Assembly (NCBI GenBank): GCA_964016885.1
Contig: OZ024763.1
Coordinates: 4,526,001-4,590,000, forward strand
Direction of reading: 5' to 3'
Length of the DNA stretch: 64,000 bases
From: Eledone cirrhosa
Lineage: Eukaryota
The notes below the pieces were generated by a model that ran no database searches, was not told the origin of the DNA, and was given only the letters and a program-made list of their open reading frames with translations. Below are positions 12,783 through 26,602 of the stretch, in pieces (within the stretch, counting starts at the first letter, position 1; each line of letters begins with the position of its first letter). The position numbers and the translations under genes were made by a program.

Positions 12783-13197
12783 TCCACGAACGAACTCGTG
12801 CACGTTTCCAGTCATGGATGTGGTATAGTCGAAACTAAAAGGTTCAATAATCTATCACAAGTCGCCAAGGTTCAATCCCACATCGCGTCATTTCGTGAAA
12901 TTGTCCTTTAATATAACCTCGGGTCAATCCAAATCTTGTGAGAGCAATTTTGGTTGGCGGAATCTATTCAGAAGCCCGTCTGATGTAGCGTACAAGTAAT
13001 TCAAAAGTTCAGCCTTCTCTCTCTGCTTCCCTCCTCTCTCTCTCTGCTAGCCTCCTTTCTCTTTCTCTCTCTCTGCTACCCCCTTTCTCCCTCTTTCTCT
13101 CTCTCCCTCTCTATCCCCCCCCCCCCTACCGCACATGTTGATATGCAATACAGCCTGACAACTACGTTTAACTCTTTACACACACACATACATACGT

Positions 13198-13232
<35 letters not shown>

Positions 13233-13324
13233 TACACATATATATATACATATAGACATATCTGTATATATATATATGTGTAAATATGTATATATATGTA
13301 AATATGTATATATGTATACATATG

Positions 13325-13446
<122 letters not shown>

Positions 13447-13561
13447 CATGTAAATATATAATCGCATGCATGTATACACGCATGCATGTATACATGCATG
13501 CGTGTATACATGCATGTGAATGTATAAATATACATACATACATGCGTATATATATATATAT

Positions 13562-13698
13562 ATAGGAACTAGTAGGACCCCGACGGCTTGAGCTCAGCCG
13601 TCGGGGTCCTACTCGTTCCTATTACCCACTCTACTACCCTAAGTATTGAGTACTTTGGTGCGTTATGGTCCACCTGGTTCCTTACCACATTTCCTTCG

Positions 13699-13702
<4 letters not shown>
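13562..13702 (+). mobile_element. Family X copy with 5' fold-back at the HHR stem III loop
   Basis: Palindrome ATAGGAAC..GTAGGACCCCGACGGCT-TGAGCTC-AGCCGTCGGGGTCCTAC..GTTCCTAT followed by the family X body, with (TA)n on both sides. Confidence 0.85.
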
Positions 13703-13753
<51 letters not shown>

Positions 13754-13867
13754 GTTGCCATGGAAACTGTTTAAATTTGGCAGTCGGTGATCCTATCGTT
13801 TGCTAATTTATAACCATAATTATATAGGATCCAACACAACACACATACACACACGTGCGCACACACG

Positions 13868-13954
<87 letters not shown>

Positions 13955-14188
13955 GCACACACACACGCACACACACGTACACACACATTCACATCCACGG
14001 ACGCATATACACTTGTAAGCATTCACGCAGGAAAGCAGGCACCTACATTCTTACACACACGCACGCACGCACACGCACGCACACGCACGCACGCACGCAC
14101 GCACCCACGCACGTACATGTACATAGTGATATCATCAATGTGACGTACGCATTAAACTAACTCAGTCATATGCACGCACACGCATGTA

Positions 14189-14744
14189 CAGTGTGCCCCC
14201 GACAATCGCGGCCCCGGTTATTCGCAAAATTTTCCTTAGAACCTAACTAATAATTGTTCGTGGGAACCACCACACATTCGCGGATTCGTAAATATCTTCA
14301 TCTTCCGCGAATTTTTATGGCTTTTTTTCGTGGCAACATATATTTTTTAAACGCTAAATTATTAATAACAATATACCGTATTTTCCGGCCTATTGGACGC
14401 ACCTTCGCATAAGACGCTCCCTCGTTTATTATAATTGTTTCTACATTTGGCACAAGGCCAGCAATTATCACAGTGTATTACTGGTACTTTATTTTATCGA
14501 CCCCCGAAAGGATGAAAGGCAAAGTTACCCTCGGCGCGATTTGAACTCAGAATGGCAAGGGCCGTAACTCTATGCGTCAAAGCATGGCGTCCGACCCTCT
14601 ACCGATACTGCCGTTTATTATAATACTTTACGTGATGTTTTGACGTTTATAGGCATTTTTATGAATCACGTCCAATATTCGCGGTTTTTCACTATTCGCG
14701 CATTGTCTAGGAATATAAACCCCGCGAATAGTGGGGGAGAATTG
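14189..14744. mobile_element. Possible Tc1/mariner-pogo (Tigger-like) MITE, interrupted by a SINE
   Basis: Imperfect TIRs CAGTGTGCCCCCGACAATCGCGG and CCGCGAATAGTGGGGGAGAATTG, with TA on both outer sides. Confidence 0.45.
14432..14612 (-). mobile_element. tRNA-derived SINE with TSD CGTTTATTATAAT
   Basis: Consensus match, with a direct repeat flanking both ends. Confidence 0.9.
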
Positions 14745-14747
14745 TAT

Positions 14748-14797
<50 letters not shown>

Positions 14798-15069
14798 GTT
14801 TAAAACCCAGATTAGATGTATACATAAACACACTCTAATACGCGTTTAAACACACAGTGAAGTGTACACATACACCTTCCTGTATATATATGCACTTGTA
14901 TAACACACAAATTGCAGTATGCATGCATTATTGCACAGGCATAAAATATAGAGCTGGCGTCATGGACATGCACATTTACATGTGCATTTAACGCGAATGC
15001 TTAACAATAGCAGCAACAACTGCACTAACAAGAAAGACAGCAACGTGGCAAAGTGAAATCACCGCATAC

Positions 15070-15760
15070 ACGCTTACATATAAACACATACATATGAACA
15101 CATACATATGAACACATACATATAAACACATACATATAAACACATACATATAAACACATACATATAAACACATACATATAAACACATACATATGAACACA
15201 TACATATAAACACATACATATAAACACATACATATAAACACATACATATAAACACATACATATAAACACATACATATAAACACATACATATAAACACATA
15301 CATATAAACACATACATATTGATAGACGTGCCCCGCACGCAACTTATATATGTACATATATGTATATATATATATGTATATATATATATGTGTGTGTGTG
15401 TGTATATATATGTGTATATATATGCATATATATATATATATATATGCATATATGTATATGCATATATATAGATATATATGTATATATATATATGTATATG
15501 CATATATATATGTATATGTATATGCATATGCATATATATATATATGTATATGCATATATATATATATGCATATATATATATATGTATATATATAAATATA
15601 TGTGTGTATGTATATGTATATGTTTATATGTATATGTTTATATGTATATATATATATATGTATATATGTATATATATATATATGTATATATGTATATATA
15701 TATGTATATATATATATGTATATATATATATGTATATATATATATGTATATATATATATG

Positions 15761-15791
<31 letters not shown>

Positions 15792-16001
15792 GTATATATA
15801 TATGTATATATATATGTATATATATATATATGTATATATATATGTATATATATATATGTATATATATGTATATATATATATATGTATATAGTAATAATAA
15901 TAAAATTGAAGACTAAAATCCAAAGAGGGCTCGATAAGGAAAATATATATCAAATATATAAAAACCGTAGAGCAAATAATATATATGTATATATATATAT
16001 G

Positions 16002-16086
<85 letters not shown>

Positions 16087-16837
16087 GTATATATATGTAT
16101 ATATATATGTGTATATATATATGTATATATATATATGTATATATATATATGTATATATATATATGTATATATATGTATATATATATGTATATATATATGT
16201 ATATATATATGTATATATATGTCTATATATGTATATATATATATGTATATATATGTATATATATATATGTATATATATATATGTATATATATATGTATAT
16301 ATATGTATATATATATATGTATATATATATGTATATATATGTATATATATATATGTATATATATGTATATATATGTATATATATATGTATATATATATGT
16401 ATATATATATATATGTGTCTATATATATATGTGTCTATATATGTATATATATATATATATGTGTCTATATATGTATATATATATGTGTCTATATATGTAT
16501 ATATATATATATATGTGTCTATATATGTATATATATATATATGTGTCTATATATGTATATATATATATATGTGTCTATATATGTATATATATATATATAT
16601 GTGTCTATATATGTATATATATATATGTGTCTATATATGTATATATATATATGTGTCTATATATGTATATATATATATGTGTATATATATGTATATATAT
16701 ATATATATGTGTATATATATGTATATATATATATATATGTGTATATATATGTATATATATGTGTATATATATGTATATATATATGTGTATATATATGTAT
16801 ATATATATGTGTATATATATGTATATATATATGTGTG

Positions 16838-16868
<31 letters not shown>

Positions 16869-17597
16869 GTATATATATATGTATATATATATATGTATAT
16901 ATATATGTATATATATATATGTATATATATGTATATAAATAAATGTGTGTATATGTATATATATATATATATAAATAAATGTGTGTATATGTATATATAT
17001 ATATATAAATAAATGTGTGTATATGTATATATATATATATATAAATAAATGTGTGTATATGTATATATATATATATAAATAAATGTGTGTATATGTATAT
17101 ATATATATATATAAATAAATGTGTGTATATGTATATATATATATATAAATAAATGTGTGTATATGTATATATATATATATAAATAAATGTGTGTATATGT
17201 ATATATATATATAAATAAATGTGTGTATATGTATATATATATATAAATAAATGTGTGTATATGTATATATATATATATAAATAAATGTGTGTATATGTAT
17301 ATATATATATACATAAATAAATGTGTGTATATGTATATATATATATACATAAATAAATGTGTGTATATGTATATATATATATAAATAAATGTGTGTATAT
17401 GTATATATATATATAAATAAATGTGTGTATATGTATATATATATATACATAAATAAATGTGTGTATATGTATATATATATATATACATAAATAAATGTGT
17501 GTATATGTATATATATATAAAAATAAATGTGTGTATATGTATATATATATATAAATAAATGTGTGTATATGTATATATATACATAAATAAATGTGTG

Positions 17598-17634
<37 letters not shown>

Positions 17635-17781
17635 ATATATATGTGTGTGTGTATATATATATATGTGTGTGTATATATATATATATATATATGTGTGTCT
17701 ATATATATATATATGTGTGTGTATATATATATGTATATATATATATATATATGTGTATATATATATATATATGTGTGTATA

Positions 17782-17824
<43 letters not shown>

Positions 17825-17936
17825 ATATATATATATACATATATATATACATATATATATATACACACACACATATATATATATATACACATTATATATA
17901 TATATATATACACATTATATATATATATATATATAT

Positions 17937-17982
<46 letters not shown>

Positions 17983-17985
17983 GAC
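15070..17985. repeat. Compound (TA)n/TATG microsatellite and derived minisatellites
   Basis: Nearly 3 kb of TA/TG dinucleotide variants, including an 18-bp CACATACATATAAA-type unit and an AAATAAATGTGTGTATATG unit. Confidence 0.95.
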
Positions 17986-18444
17986 AGAAAAATAGGAAAA
18001 TGCCAACTCACCATCTCTCGGTACCGAATGCCACGTTTTGGGATGGAATGAAGCAGTAAAGGCGGGAATATCCAACTTCGACTTGCATCTCTCACATATT
18101 CACATTGCAATGTTTACACACACCTCTATATGTGTATATATATATATATGTATGTATATGTGTGTGTGTGTATAGTATTAATTATACTATTTATGGTTAT
18201 GCAAATACAAAAACCTTTTTGCAGTTATATATACTTTTTTATACAAACCCTAAACAGTAGTAGGCAGTAATATATTACTACCTTATTCATATGTGTGTGT
18301 ATATATATATATATGTATATATGTGTGTGTGTGTGTGTATATGTATATGTATATATGTGTGTGTGTGTGTGTGTGTGTAAAAGAAATTAGAAATACAGGT
18401 TTCGTAGAAGGAGATATCTTTGAGTATGGACTGGATATTAACTG

Positions 18445-18935
18445 GTGTGTTGATGGTATGAACTGACGGGGGGGTGGGGGGGGGGGGTTGATGGTATGAA
18501 CTGACGAGGGGGGGGGGGTGATGGTATGAACTGACGGGGGGGGTTGATGGTATGAACTGACGAGGGGGGGTGATGGTATGAACTGACGGGGGGGGGGGGG
18601 GGGTTGATGGTATGAACTGACGGGGGGGTGGTTGATGGTATGAACTGACGGGGGGGTTGATGGTATGAACTGACGGCGGGGGGGGGGGGGTTGATGGTAT
18701 GAACTGACGGGGGGGGTGATGGTATGAACTGACGGGGGGGGGGGGGTTGATGGTATGAACTGACGGGGGGGGGTGATGGTATGAACTGACGGGTGGGTAG
18801 GTGGGTGATGGTATGAACTGACGGGGGGGGTTGATGGTATGAACTGACGTGGGGGGGTTGATGGTATGAACTGACGGGGGGGGGGGGGGTTGATGGTATG
18901 AACTGACAGGGGGGGGGGGTTGATGGTATGAACTC
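18445..18935. repeat. G-run minisatellite TGATGGTATGAACTGAC(G)nT
   Basis: About 16 units with a constant 17-mer and variable poly-G spacers. Confidence 0.9.
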
Positions 18936-19271
18936 AGGTGGATGATAAGAATCGTATGAACTAAGTGGATGGTGTTGGTGGTATTGGTGGTGTTGGTGGT
19001 ATTGGTGGTGTTGGTGGTATTGGTGGTGTTGGTGGTATTGGTGGTGTTGGTGGTGTCCTATAAGGGATTCCAAGATATGGAGGCTGCGATAAACAACAAC
19101 ATATATTTAACTATGTCTCTCCATATAGTTGTTCTTGGTTTTTTTTTTTTCATTAACGTTTTTATTTACACCTTTTGTTTCTTAGTTTTATTTCTTGTGA
19201 CACTTTCCCTCACACTCACGCAGAAACACAAACACACACACACACACTCTCTCTCTCCCTCTCTCTCTTTC

Positions 19272-19302
<31 letters not shown>

Positions 19303-19379
19303 CCTCTGTAACGGATTACCACCTCTACAGGGACGTTTAAATATTATTAGTATTATTGTTTCTTTTCTCAGAGTCTAAC

Positions 19380-20205
19380 GCTCGAGATGTATTACAGTAT
19401 TAGCTGTTCCCTACCAGATAACACGCCTTATCTCAGCTTCTAACACTAGAGATGTATTACAGTGAACTGGGGTAAAACCCCTTACCTCAGCTTCTAACAC
19501 TGGAGATGTATTACAGTGTTACCTGTTCACTACCAGTGAACTGAGGTAACACCCCTTATCTCAGATCCTAACACTAGAGATGTATTACAGTGAACTGGGG
19601 TAACACCCCTTATCTCAGATCCTAACACTAGAGATGTATTACAGTGAACTGAGGTAACACCCCTTATCTCAGATCCTAACACTAGAGATGTATTACAGTT
19701 AACTGGGGTAACACCCCTTATCTCAGATCCTAACACTAGAGATGTATTACAGTGAACTGAGGTAACACCCCTTATCTCAGATCCTAACACTAGAGATGTA
19801 TTACAGTGAACTGGGGTAACACCCCTTATCTCAGATCCTAACACTAGAGATGTATTACAGTGAACTGGGGTAACACCCCTTATCTCAGATCCTAACACTA
19901 GAGATGTATTACAGTGAACTGAGGTAACACCCCTTATCTCAGATCCTAACACTAGAGATGTATTACAGTGAACTGAGGTAACACCCCTTATCTCAGATCC
20001 TAACACTAGAGATGTATTACAGTGAACTGGGGTAACACCCCTTATCTCAGATCCTAACACTAGAGATGTATTACAGTGAACTGGGGTAACACCCCTTATC
20101 TCAGATCCTAACACTAGAGATGTATTACAGTGAACTGGGGTAACACCCCTTATCTCAGATCCTAACACTAGAGATGTATTACAGTGAACTGGGGTAGGAC
20201 CCCTT
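19380..20205. repeat. 63-bp tandem repeat (~13 copies)
   Basis: Unit TAACACTAGAGATGTATTACAGTGAACTG(G/A)GGTAACACCCCTTATCTCAGATCC, abutting the stop codon of the R4-like fragment. Confidence 0.92.
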
Positions 20206-20440
20206 ATTATTTGACTACCCTCCGGAGTATTTGAGCTGTTTCAAGCAATGCTGTCTCTTGTAAGTGTTCCATCCGTATTGCAATCCCTATTTGTATAATG
20301 TACTTCTCAACATCTTTACTCACTGTTTCCAGTGACCACAACTACTTAACCTCCCTAGCTAACCTGTCATATCTATCAATGTTGCCCCTCTTTATCACAT
20401 ACCTTGTTATCAGCTGAACAGGCTATATCTACGACCCAGC
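20205..20440 (-). pseudogene. 3' fragment of an R4/Dong-like (restriction-like endonuclease) non-LTR retrotransposon
   Basis: Minus strand reads VVDIACSADNKVCDKE..DRYDRLAREVK and GSLETVSKDVEKYIIQIGIAIRMEHLQETALLETAQILRRVVK*, resembling the RLE C-terminus (DIA..D..E..KY..L; LQK..LLGTA.ILR). Confidence 0.7.
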
Positions 20441-20699
20441 ACCGTTTGCTTTTTATATTTATAATTATTTTTTTTCTTAGTCTCTTTTATAAATTTTATT
20501 TTACACAAAGAAAAACACACACCGTATCGTCCTGTATCGTCTTTAATGTTTCCTTAATGTGAGCCCTGTGTGGCCAATAAAGAAATTATTATTATTATGT
20601 TATATTATATATTATAGTATGTTATATTATATATTATATGTTATATTATGTTATATATTATATTATAGTAAAATATAGTATATTATATTACATTATTTT

Positions 20700-20832
20700 A
20701 CCCGCCGAGGTTAACTTTACCTTTCATCCTTACGGGGTCGATAAAATAAAGTACCAGTCACGCACTGGGGTCGATTTAATCGACTTTCCCTCCCCAAAAT
20801 TGCTTGCCTTGTGCCTATATAAGAAATCATTA
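20700..20832 (+). mobile_element. 5'-truncated SINE (longer-tail variant)
   Basis: Core CCGAGGTTAACTTTACCTTTCATCCTTACGGGGTCGATAAAATAAAGTACCAG. Confidence 0.8.
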
Positions 20833-20859
20833 TTTTATGTTATAATGCATTATATTAGA

Positions 20860-21180
20860 TTATATTATATTATATCATACTATACTATACTATATAATAC
20901 TATATAATACTATACTATATTATATTATATCATACTATACTATACTATATAATACTATATAATACTATATAATACTATACTATATTATATTATATCATAC
21001 TATACTATACTATATAATACTATATAATACTATACTATATTATATTATATCATACTATACTATACTATATAATACTATATAATACTATACTATATTATAT
21101 TATATCATACTATACTATACTATATAATACTATATAATACTATATTATACTATATTATATTATATTATATTGTATTATAT
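20860..21180. repeat. (TATAC/TATAT)n pentanucleotide repeat
   Basis: Direct inspection. Confidence 0.9.
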
Positions 21181-22753
21181 TAGAAGGGTGCTGAACGATC
21201 AGTGTTTTCGCAACTTCGTCAAACGACAGGTAACAGTAAGTTTTCCTTAATTGTTTTTGTTATACAGAAAGTCGCATAGTAGTATCTCCTTAGTTGTTGT
21301 TGTTGGTATTGTTGTTGTTGTGGATATACATGAGTTCCGTAAGAGGGTTTCCTTAAATGTTGTTGTTGTTGTTAGTGTCGTTAGTGTTGTTGTTGGAGAT
21401 TTACAGAGAGTGCAGTAGTAGTTTTTGTTGTTGTCGATATACAGAGCACCTGTTGTTGCTGTTGGTGTTGGTGTTGTTATTGTTGTTATTGTGTTGATAT
21501 ACAAAATGCCGTAATAGTTTTCCCTTAGTTATTGTCGTTGTTGCGGTGGTGGTAGTAGTGGTGGTAGTAGTGGTGGTAGTAGTGGTGGTAGTAGTAGTGG
21601 TAGTAGTAGTGGTGGTAGCTATACAAAGATTGCCAAACCTTGTCTCTTCGGAGATTCTTCATCACTCCATACAACGAAGTGTTATAATACAGTAGTTTTC
21701 TTGAGTTGTTGTTGTTGTTGTTGTTGATACACAGAGTATGCCGAACACTCTTTTCACAACTATATTGAATGGCGTGTTATAGGGTTCCCAATGGTTTTCT
21801 TTAGTTATTATTGTTGTTTTTCTTTCAACACTTTTAATGCCAAACCGCCTAAAGCTGCTTCTCGTTCTTCGATAGCAAGCTATTTGTTTTAAGAGTGTTT
21901 TTATTCCATCACAATTTTATGTAAGAATCTTTGTAAAGTTCAAAATATGAACTCAATGAAAACAAAATTATATTACTAAAACATTCTTCTACATTCTTAG
22001 TAATATTCAAACTAGATGCAGTGTCTTTTATTATATTCAAACCATCTTTTATTATCTAAAAAAATAAACACTTCTACGAAAATGTTAAGTAAGAACCTTT
22101 GTTTCAAACCCTTATGTTTCAAACACCAACTTAATGATGAGATAGTTATATTACTAAATCTCTCCAAATTTTTATATTCAAAAGTATTTGGAAATCATAG
22201 GCAGTGTCTTTCGTTAGAAATATGGTAATTATATTTATCTAAAAGCATTCCAACATAATTTTATTAAAAATCCTATGCTAATTTATGTTCCAAAACGTCT
22301 TGATTATTTTCGAAAGTATTTGGAAATTACTGGCAATGTGTTGCAGTAGAAATATTGTAACGAAAGGGTTAAATATTGTTTCATAAATGTTCATGATGAG
22401 TACCATCCTACCACCACCAACATCATGTAAATGATAATAATTAGTTTTTTTAACATAGGTGGTACAAGAGTTATAGATTTGGTGGTGACGGTTGAGGTGT
22501 TAATTGGTTATATCGCTGCTAACAAATCCCCCAGTATATTACAGATAAATGACTGCTGTATAAAAAAACAGTTGTGTGGTTAAGTTTATTATTTCATTTT
22601 TATTTTACAAACATGGTGTATTTAGGTGTAACACTTCTTGGATAATATATGTATGTATACATACGTATGTGTGTGTGCAACCTTCCCCTTCACATTTATA
22701 TATATATATATCTATATCTATATATATATATGTATGCATATATGTGCGTGTGC

Positions 22754-22826
<73 letters not shown>

Positions 22827-22831
<5 letters not shown>

Positions 22832-23090
22832 AAGATGAATATAAAATGAAAGTGCTTTTATAAAGTAATTTATTAGGTATTGACATATGTTTCTGTAACA
22901 GACGGAATACCTATGTATCGCTGCTTGCGTAATCAATACCTAATAAATTCCTTTATAAAAGCACTTTCATTTTATATTCATCTTTTCTACATTTTCTCCG
23001 GAATATAATTTATACTCGTTGAGCAAACCTACACGTACGCTCTTCATCTCTAACGTGACGATATATTATCACTACATTATTGATAACCTG
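22827..23090 (+). mobile_element. (TA)n-adjacent element with 57-bp inverted arms and an HHR 3' half
   Basis: TAGAAAAGATG...GGTATTGA is the inverse of TCAATACC...CATCTTTTCTA. The minus strand at 22876-22893 reads GAAA-CATATG-TC-AATACC. Confidence 0.7.
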
Positions 23091-23179
<89 letters not shown>

Positions 23180-23184
<5 letters not shown>

Positions 23185-23408
23185 GAATAATCGAGTATCG
23201 AAAAATCGGCGCACGAGTTCACGATAAACAAAATTCGATATGAGCGGCAGAGGGCTCAATAATTCAGATAAATCAGAGCTATAACTATTGTTAAAATACC
23301 GTCACACATAGAACAAGTCTATAATCAACCGTACGACCGAAAGATTGCGATCTGGAAGATTCGGGACATTCAGAAAAAAATATCAAAAAATCAATAAATC
23401 AAATGAAT
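23180..23408. mobile_element. Unclassified ~225-bp (TA)n-flanked interspersed repeat (family Y)
   Basis: A highly similar second copy lies at 29092-29315 with the same start TAGTAGAATAATCGAGTATCG. Confidence 0.8.
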
Positions 23409-23409
23409 G

Positions 23410-23462
<53 letters not shown>

Positions 23463-23507
23463 TACACATATATTGAGAGAAAGAGAAGGGGAGATGTATA
23501 TATAATA

Positions 23508-23692
23508 ATAATCGTTTCTACGTTAGGCACAAGGCCAGCAATTACCCACTACATTACTGGTACTTTACTTTATCGACCCCGTAAGGATGAAAGGCAAAGT
23601 TAACCTCGGCGGGATTTGAACTCAGAATGGCAAGGGCCGTCACTCTATACGTCAAAGCATGGCGTCCGACCCTCTCCCAACACTGCCAATCC
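23508..23692 (-). mobile_element. tRNA-derived SINE copy
   Basis: Consensus match. Confidence 0.88.
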
Positions 23693-24122
23693 AAATGGTT
23701 TAAATCTATATCCAATGATTTCGATCTCGTTGTTTATGATTTGCTGAACAAATTCATTTGGAGCACATCATCGGATCAATAATAAGACGACATTCCTAAT
23801 ATAGGATGCACAGTCTGAATTTCTCCTTAGACACGAAACGTCAGCTGCGTGAGTGACTGCTGTGACTAAACAGATAAGTTCACTTATGCGCGCACACGCA
23901 CACACACACACACACACACGCAAATACACCCCCCCCCCCCCCCCCCACACACATGCATACTTTGAAAATTAAGATAACTTAAAGTTAGCTGCTACAACGC
24001 ACATGTTTTTGACTATGAAAGATAGTCTAAGTGGAGACGGAAAATGTGGACAGCACCGCTCGTGGGACACGAACTTACACCTTCCATATACCATGTTTCT
24101 CTCTCTTTCTCTCTCTCTCTCA

Positions 24123-24188
<66 letters not shown>

Positions 24189-24269
24189 GTATATGTGTGT
24201 GTATGTATGTGTGTGTGTATATATATATATATATACATATGTGTGTGTGTGTATGTATATGTGTGTGTA

Positions 24270-24378
<109 letters not shown>

Positions 24379-24699
24379 AAAGTGTCTGAATTTCTTATCA
24401 GGACGGAGGACGGAGATACTCAGTAATAAGCTGGGTGGTGATGGATGATGGAATGGAAGTTTGTACTTCTTCAATACAACTGTGTATATGGCTGACACTG
24501 CTAATACTTCTGCTAATACTCCTGTAGAATACAATGTGATATACAACAGTGCAGTGTGTGCATACAGCCTCCAGTACATTTGAGTAACCACGGCCAGTAT
24601 TTGTTATCATCGACCACGTAATATAGGGAAGTTGCAGCGGGTTTGTAAGGTGCGGTAATACCCCTTGTTAAGTAACTCCTTCGTTATTGTATCATTTAC

Positions 24700-25030
24700 C
24701 TATCCTGGAAACGACATCCCACCTTGTCTAAAATCTATGGCAAACTCCCTCGAGCCTCTGCCCTTCTAAAATCCCAGAGAGCTCAATTTGCTGGCCACTG
24801 TCACCGTGCCAGCAAGGAAATCATATCCGCTCTCTTGCTCTGGAACCCTGACTCCAGCCTGACTGGGAGTAGGAAGCTGTCATTCCCTGACGTTATCTCT
24901 AGAGATACGGAAATCAGTAGACGGGACCTGGGGGCAGCGATGGGGGACATGGAATTCTGGGGCATGAGGGTGAGATCCATCATCTCGACAGAGGTCGACG
25001 AATGATGATGATGATGATGATGATGATGTA
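24700..25030 (+). pseudogene. RTE-type LINE 3' end with (TGA)n tail
   Basis: HPTLSKIYGKLPRASALLKSQRAQFAGHCHRA..LLLWNP..RKLSFPDVISRDT, followed by a microsatellite tail. Confidence 0.8.
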
Positions 25031-25167
25031 TCATTTAGTCATTTAATTAGTTAGTTAGTTAGTTAGGTGAAGTGACTGGGGCCGCACTAGCATTCACAGC
25101 AGCTCCACATGCACTCGTAAAGACACAGATACGGATAGAAATACATCTGTCCATACATCTTCAATGT

Positions 25168-25395
25168 CATCATCATCATTCGTCGACTACTGTCGAGATG
25201 ATGGATCTCACTCTCATGCCCCAGAATTCCCCGTCCCCCATCGCTGCCCCCAGGTCCTGTCTACTGATTCCCGTATCTCTAGAGACAACGTCAGGGAATG
25301 ACAGCTTCCTACTCTTAGTCAGGCTGGAGTCAGGGTTCCAGAGCAAGAGAGCGGATAGGATTTCATTGCTGGCACGGTGACAGTGGCCAGCAAAT
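25168..25395 (-). pseudogene. Second RTE-type 3' end, inverted relative to the first
   Basis: FAGHCHRASNEILSALLLWNPDSSL..., highly similar to 24787-25010. Confidence 0.85.
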
Positions 25396-25689
25396 GTAAC
25401 GAGTATGTACAAGTTGCGAAACCAACGCTATATATACGTTTCAGAGAGCAAACTGTTTGGCGATGAACTGGCATCCTGTATAGGGAGAAAGCTTGTAATC
25501 TCAGTCATGTAACACCAATCTTTGGAGACTCGGGATACGCAACATTTGTGCGTCCATCCAGTCCTCTCAGATTTAAGCCCCATCGCAACTTCTTTCGTTC
25601 CTTGTTACCTCGCTTTGAAGTCCCTATGCGAATGTATTAGTATTTGTGTTCGGATAAATGGTACCCAGATGAAACTGAAACATTGGTTC

Positions 25690-26310
25690 TCTCAAAAAAG
25701 CTTAGGCAGTGTACTCTACATGTGTGTGGCGGCGCCCTAAAGTTGGTGGAGATGTTCAAGTATCTTAGGGTCATGTTCACGAGTACTGGAAAGCAGAAGG
25801 CTGAATTAAGTGTAAGAATTGCAAGAGCTGGTGCAGTAGTGCGCCAGCTTCAGAATTTGGTTATTAGAAGAAGGGAGGTAGGTGTAAAAACCAAACTTAC
25901 TATCTTTAATTCGATATTCGTGCCAAACCCTCATGAATCTTTGGTAATAACCGAAAGAATACGATCGCGAATACAAGCGGTCGAAATGGAGTTCTTCCGA
26001 AGGGTGTTTGGAGTAAGCTTACACGATAGAATAGCTCGGAGATCTGGGGGCTGTTCCAGGTAGAGCCGTAATTACTAGTATGTAGTCAGAATGCCACAGG
26101 AGAGGATCGATGGACAGATTTTACGGACAATGCCAAATGGTTGGAGGAGACCCCCAGGGGCAGATCACGAGTAACATGGTTGGATAACATCCATGAGCTT
26201 GGTTGGCCTCGTTTAAAGGTCCAGTCGGATCAATTAAAGAGGGTTTCTTCTGATATGACCTTCTAGAAAGCTTGTCTGAGGACTTTTCCCACACGACCCT
26301 CCTTAATCGA
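25690..26310 (+). pseudogene. Decayed RTE LINE fragment
   Basis: LKLVEMFKYLRV..RIARAGAV..KTKLTIFNSIFVP..RIQAVEMEFFRRVFGVSLHDRI. Confidence 0.8.
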
Positions 26311-26338
26311 CCCATACAGTATACACACACACACACAG

Positions 26339-26369
<31 letters not shown>

Positions 26370-26371
<2 letters not shown>

Positions 26372-26569
26372 ACGAAGGAATTGTGGTAAGGAACCAGGTG
26401 GACCATAACGCACCAGAGTACTCAATACTTAGGGTAGTAGAGTGGGAAATAGGAAAAAGTATGACCCCGACGGCAGAGCTCAGGCCGTTTTGACGGCTAT
26501 TTCTGGAGTCCAGAAATATCCGTCGAAACGGGTTGAGCTCTGCCGTCGGGGGTCATACTTTTTCCTATA
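26370..26569 (-). mobile_element. Family X copy with ~60-bp fold-back arms
   Basis: Body is the reverse complement of family X; palindrome 26449-26568 is centred on TTCTGGA-G-TCCAGAA. Confidence 0.85.
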
Positions 26570-26571
26570 TT

Positions 26572-26602
<31 letters not shown>

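Noticed and set aside
15344-18075. Long YI/YM/CV-rich ORFs (also 9143-9711, 56417-59613)
   Set aside because: Pure dinucleotide or satellite translations.
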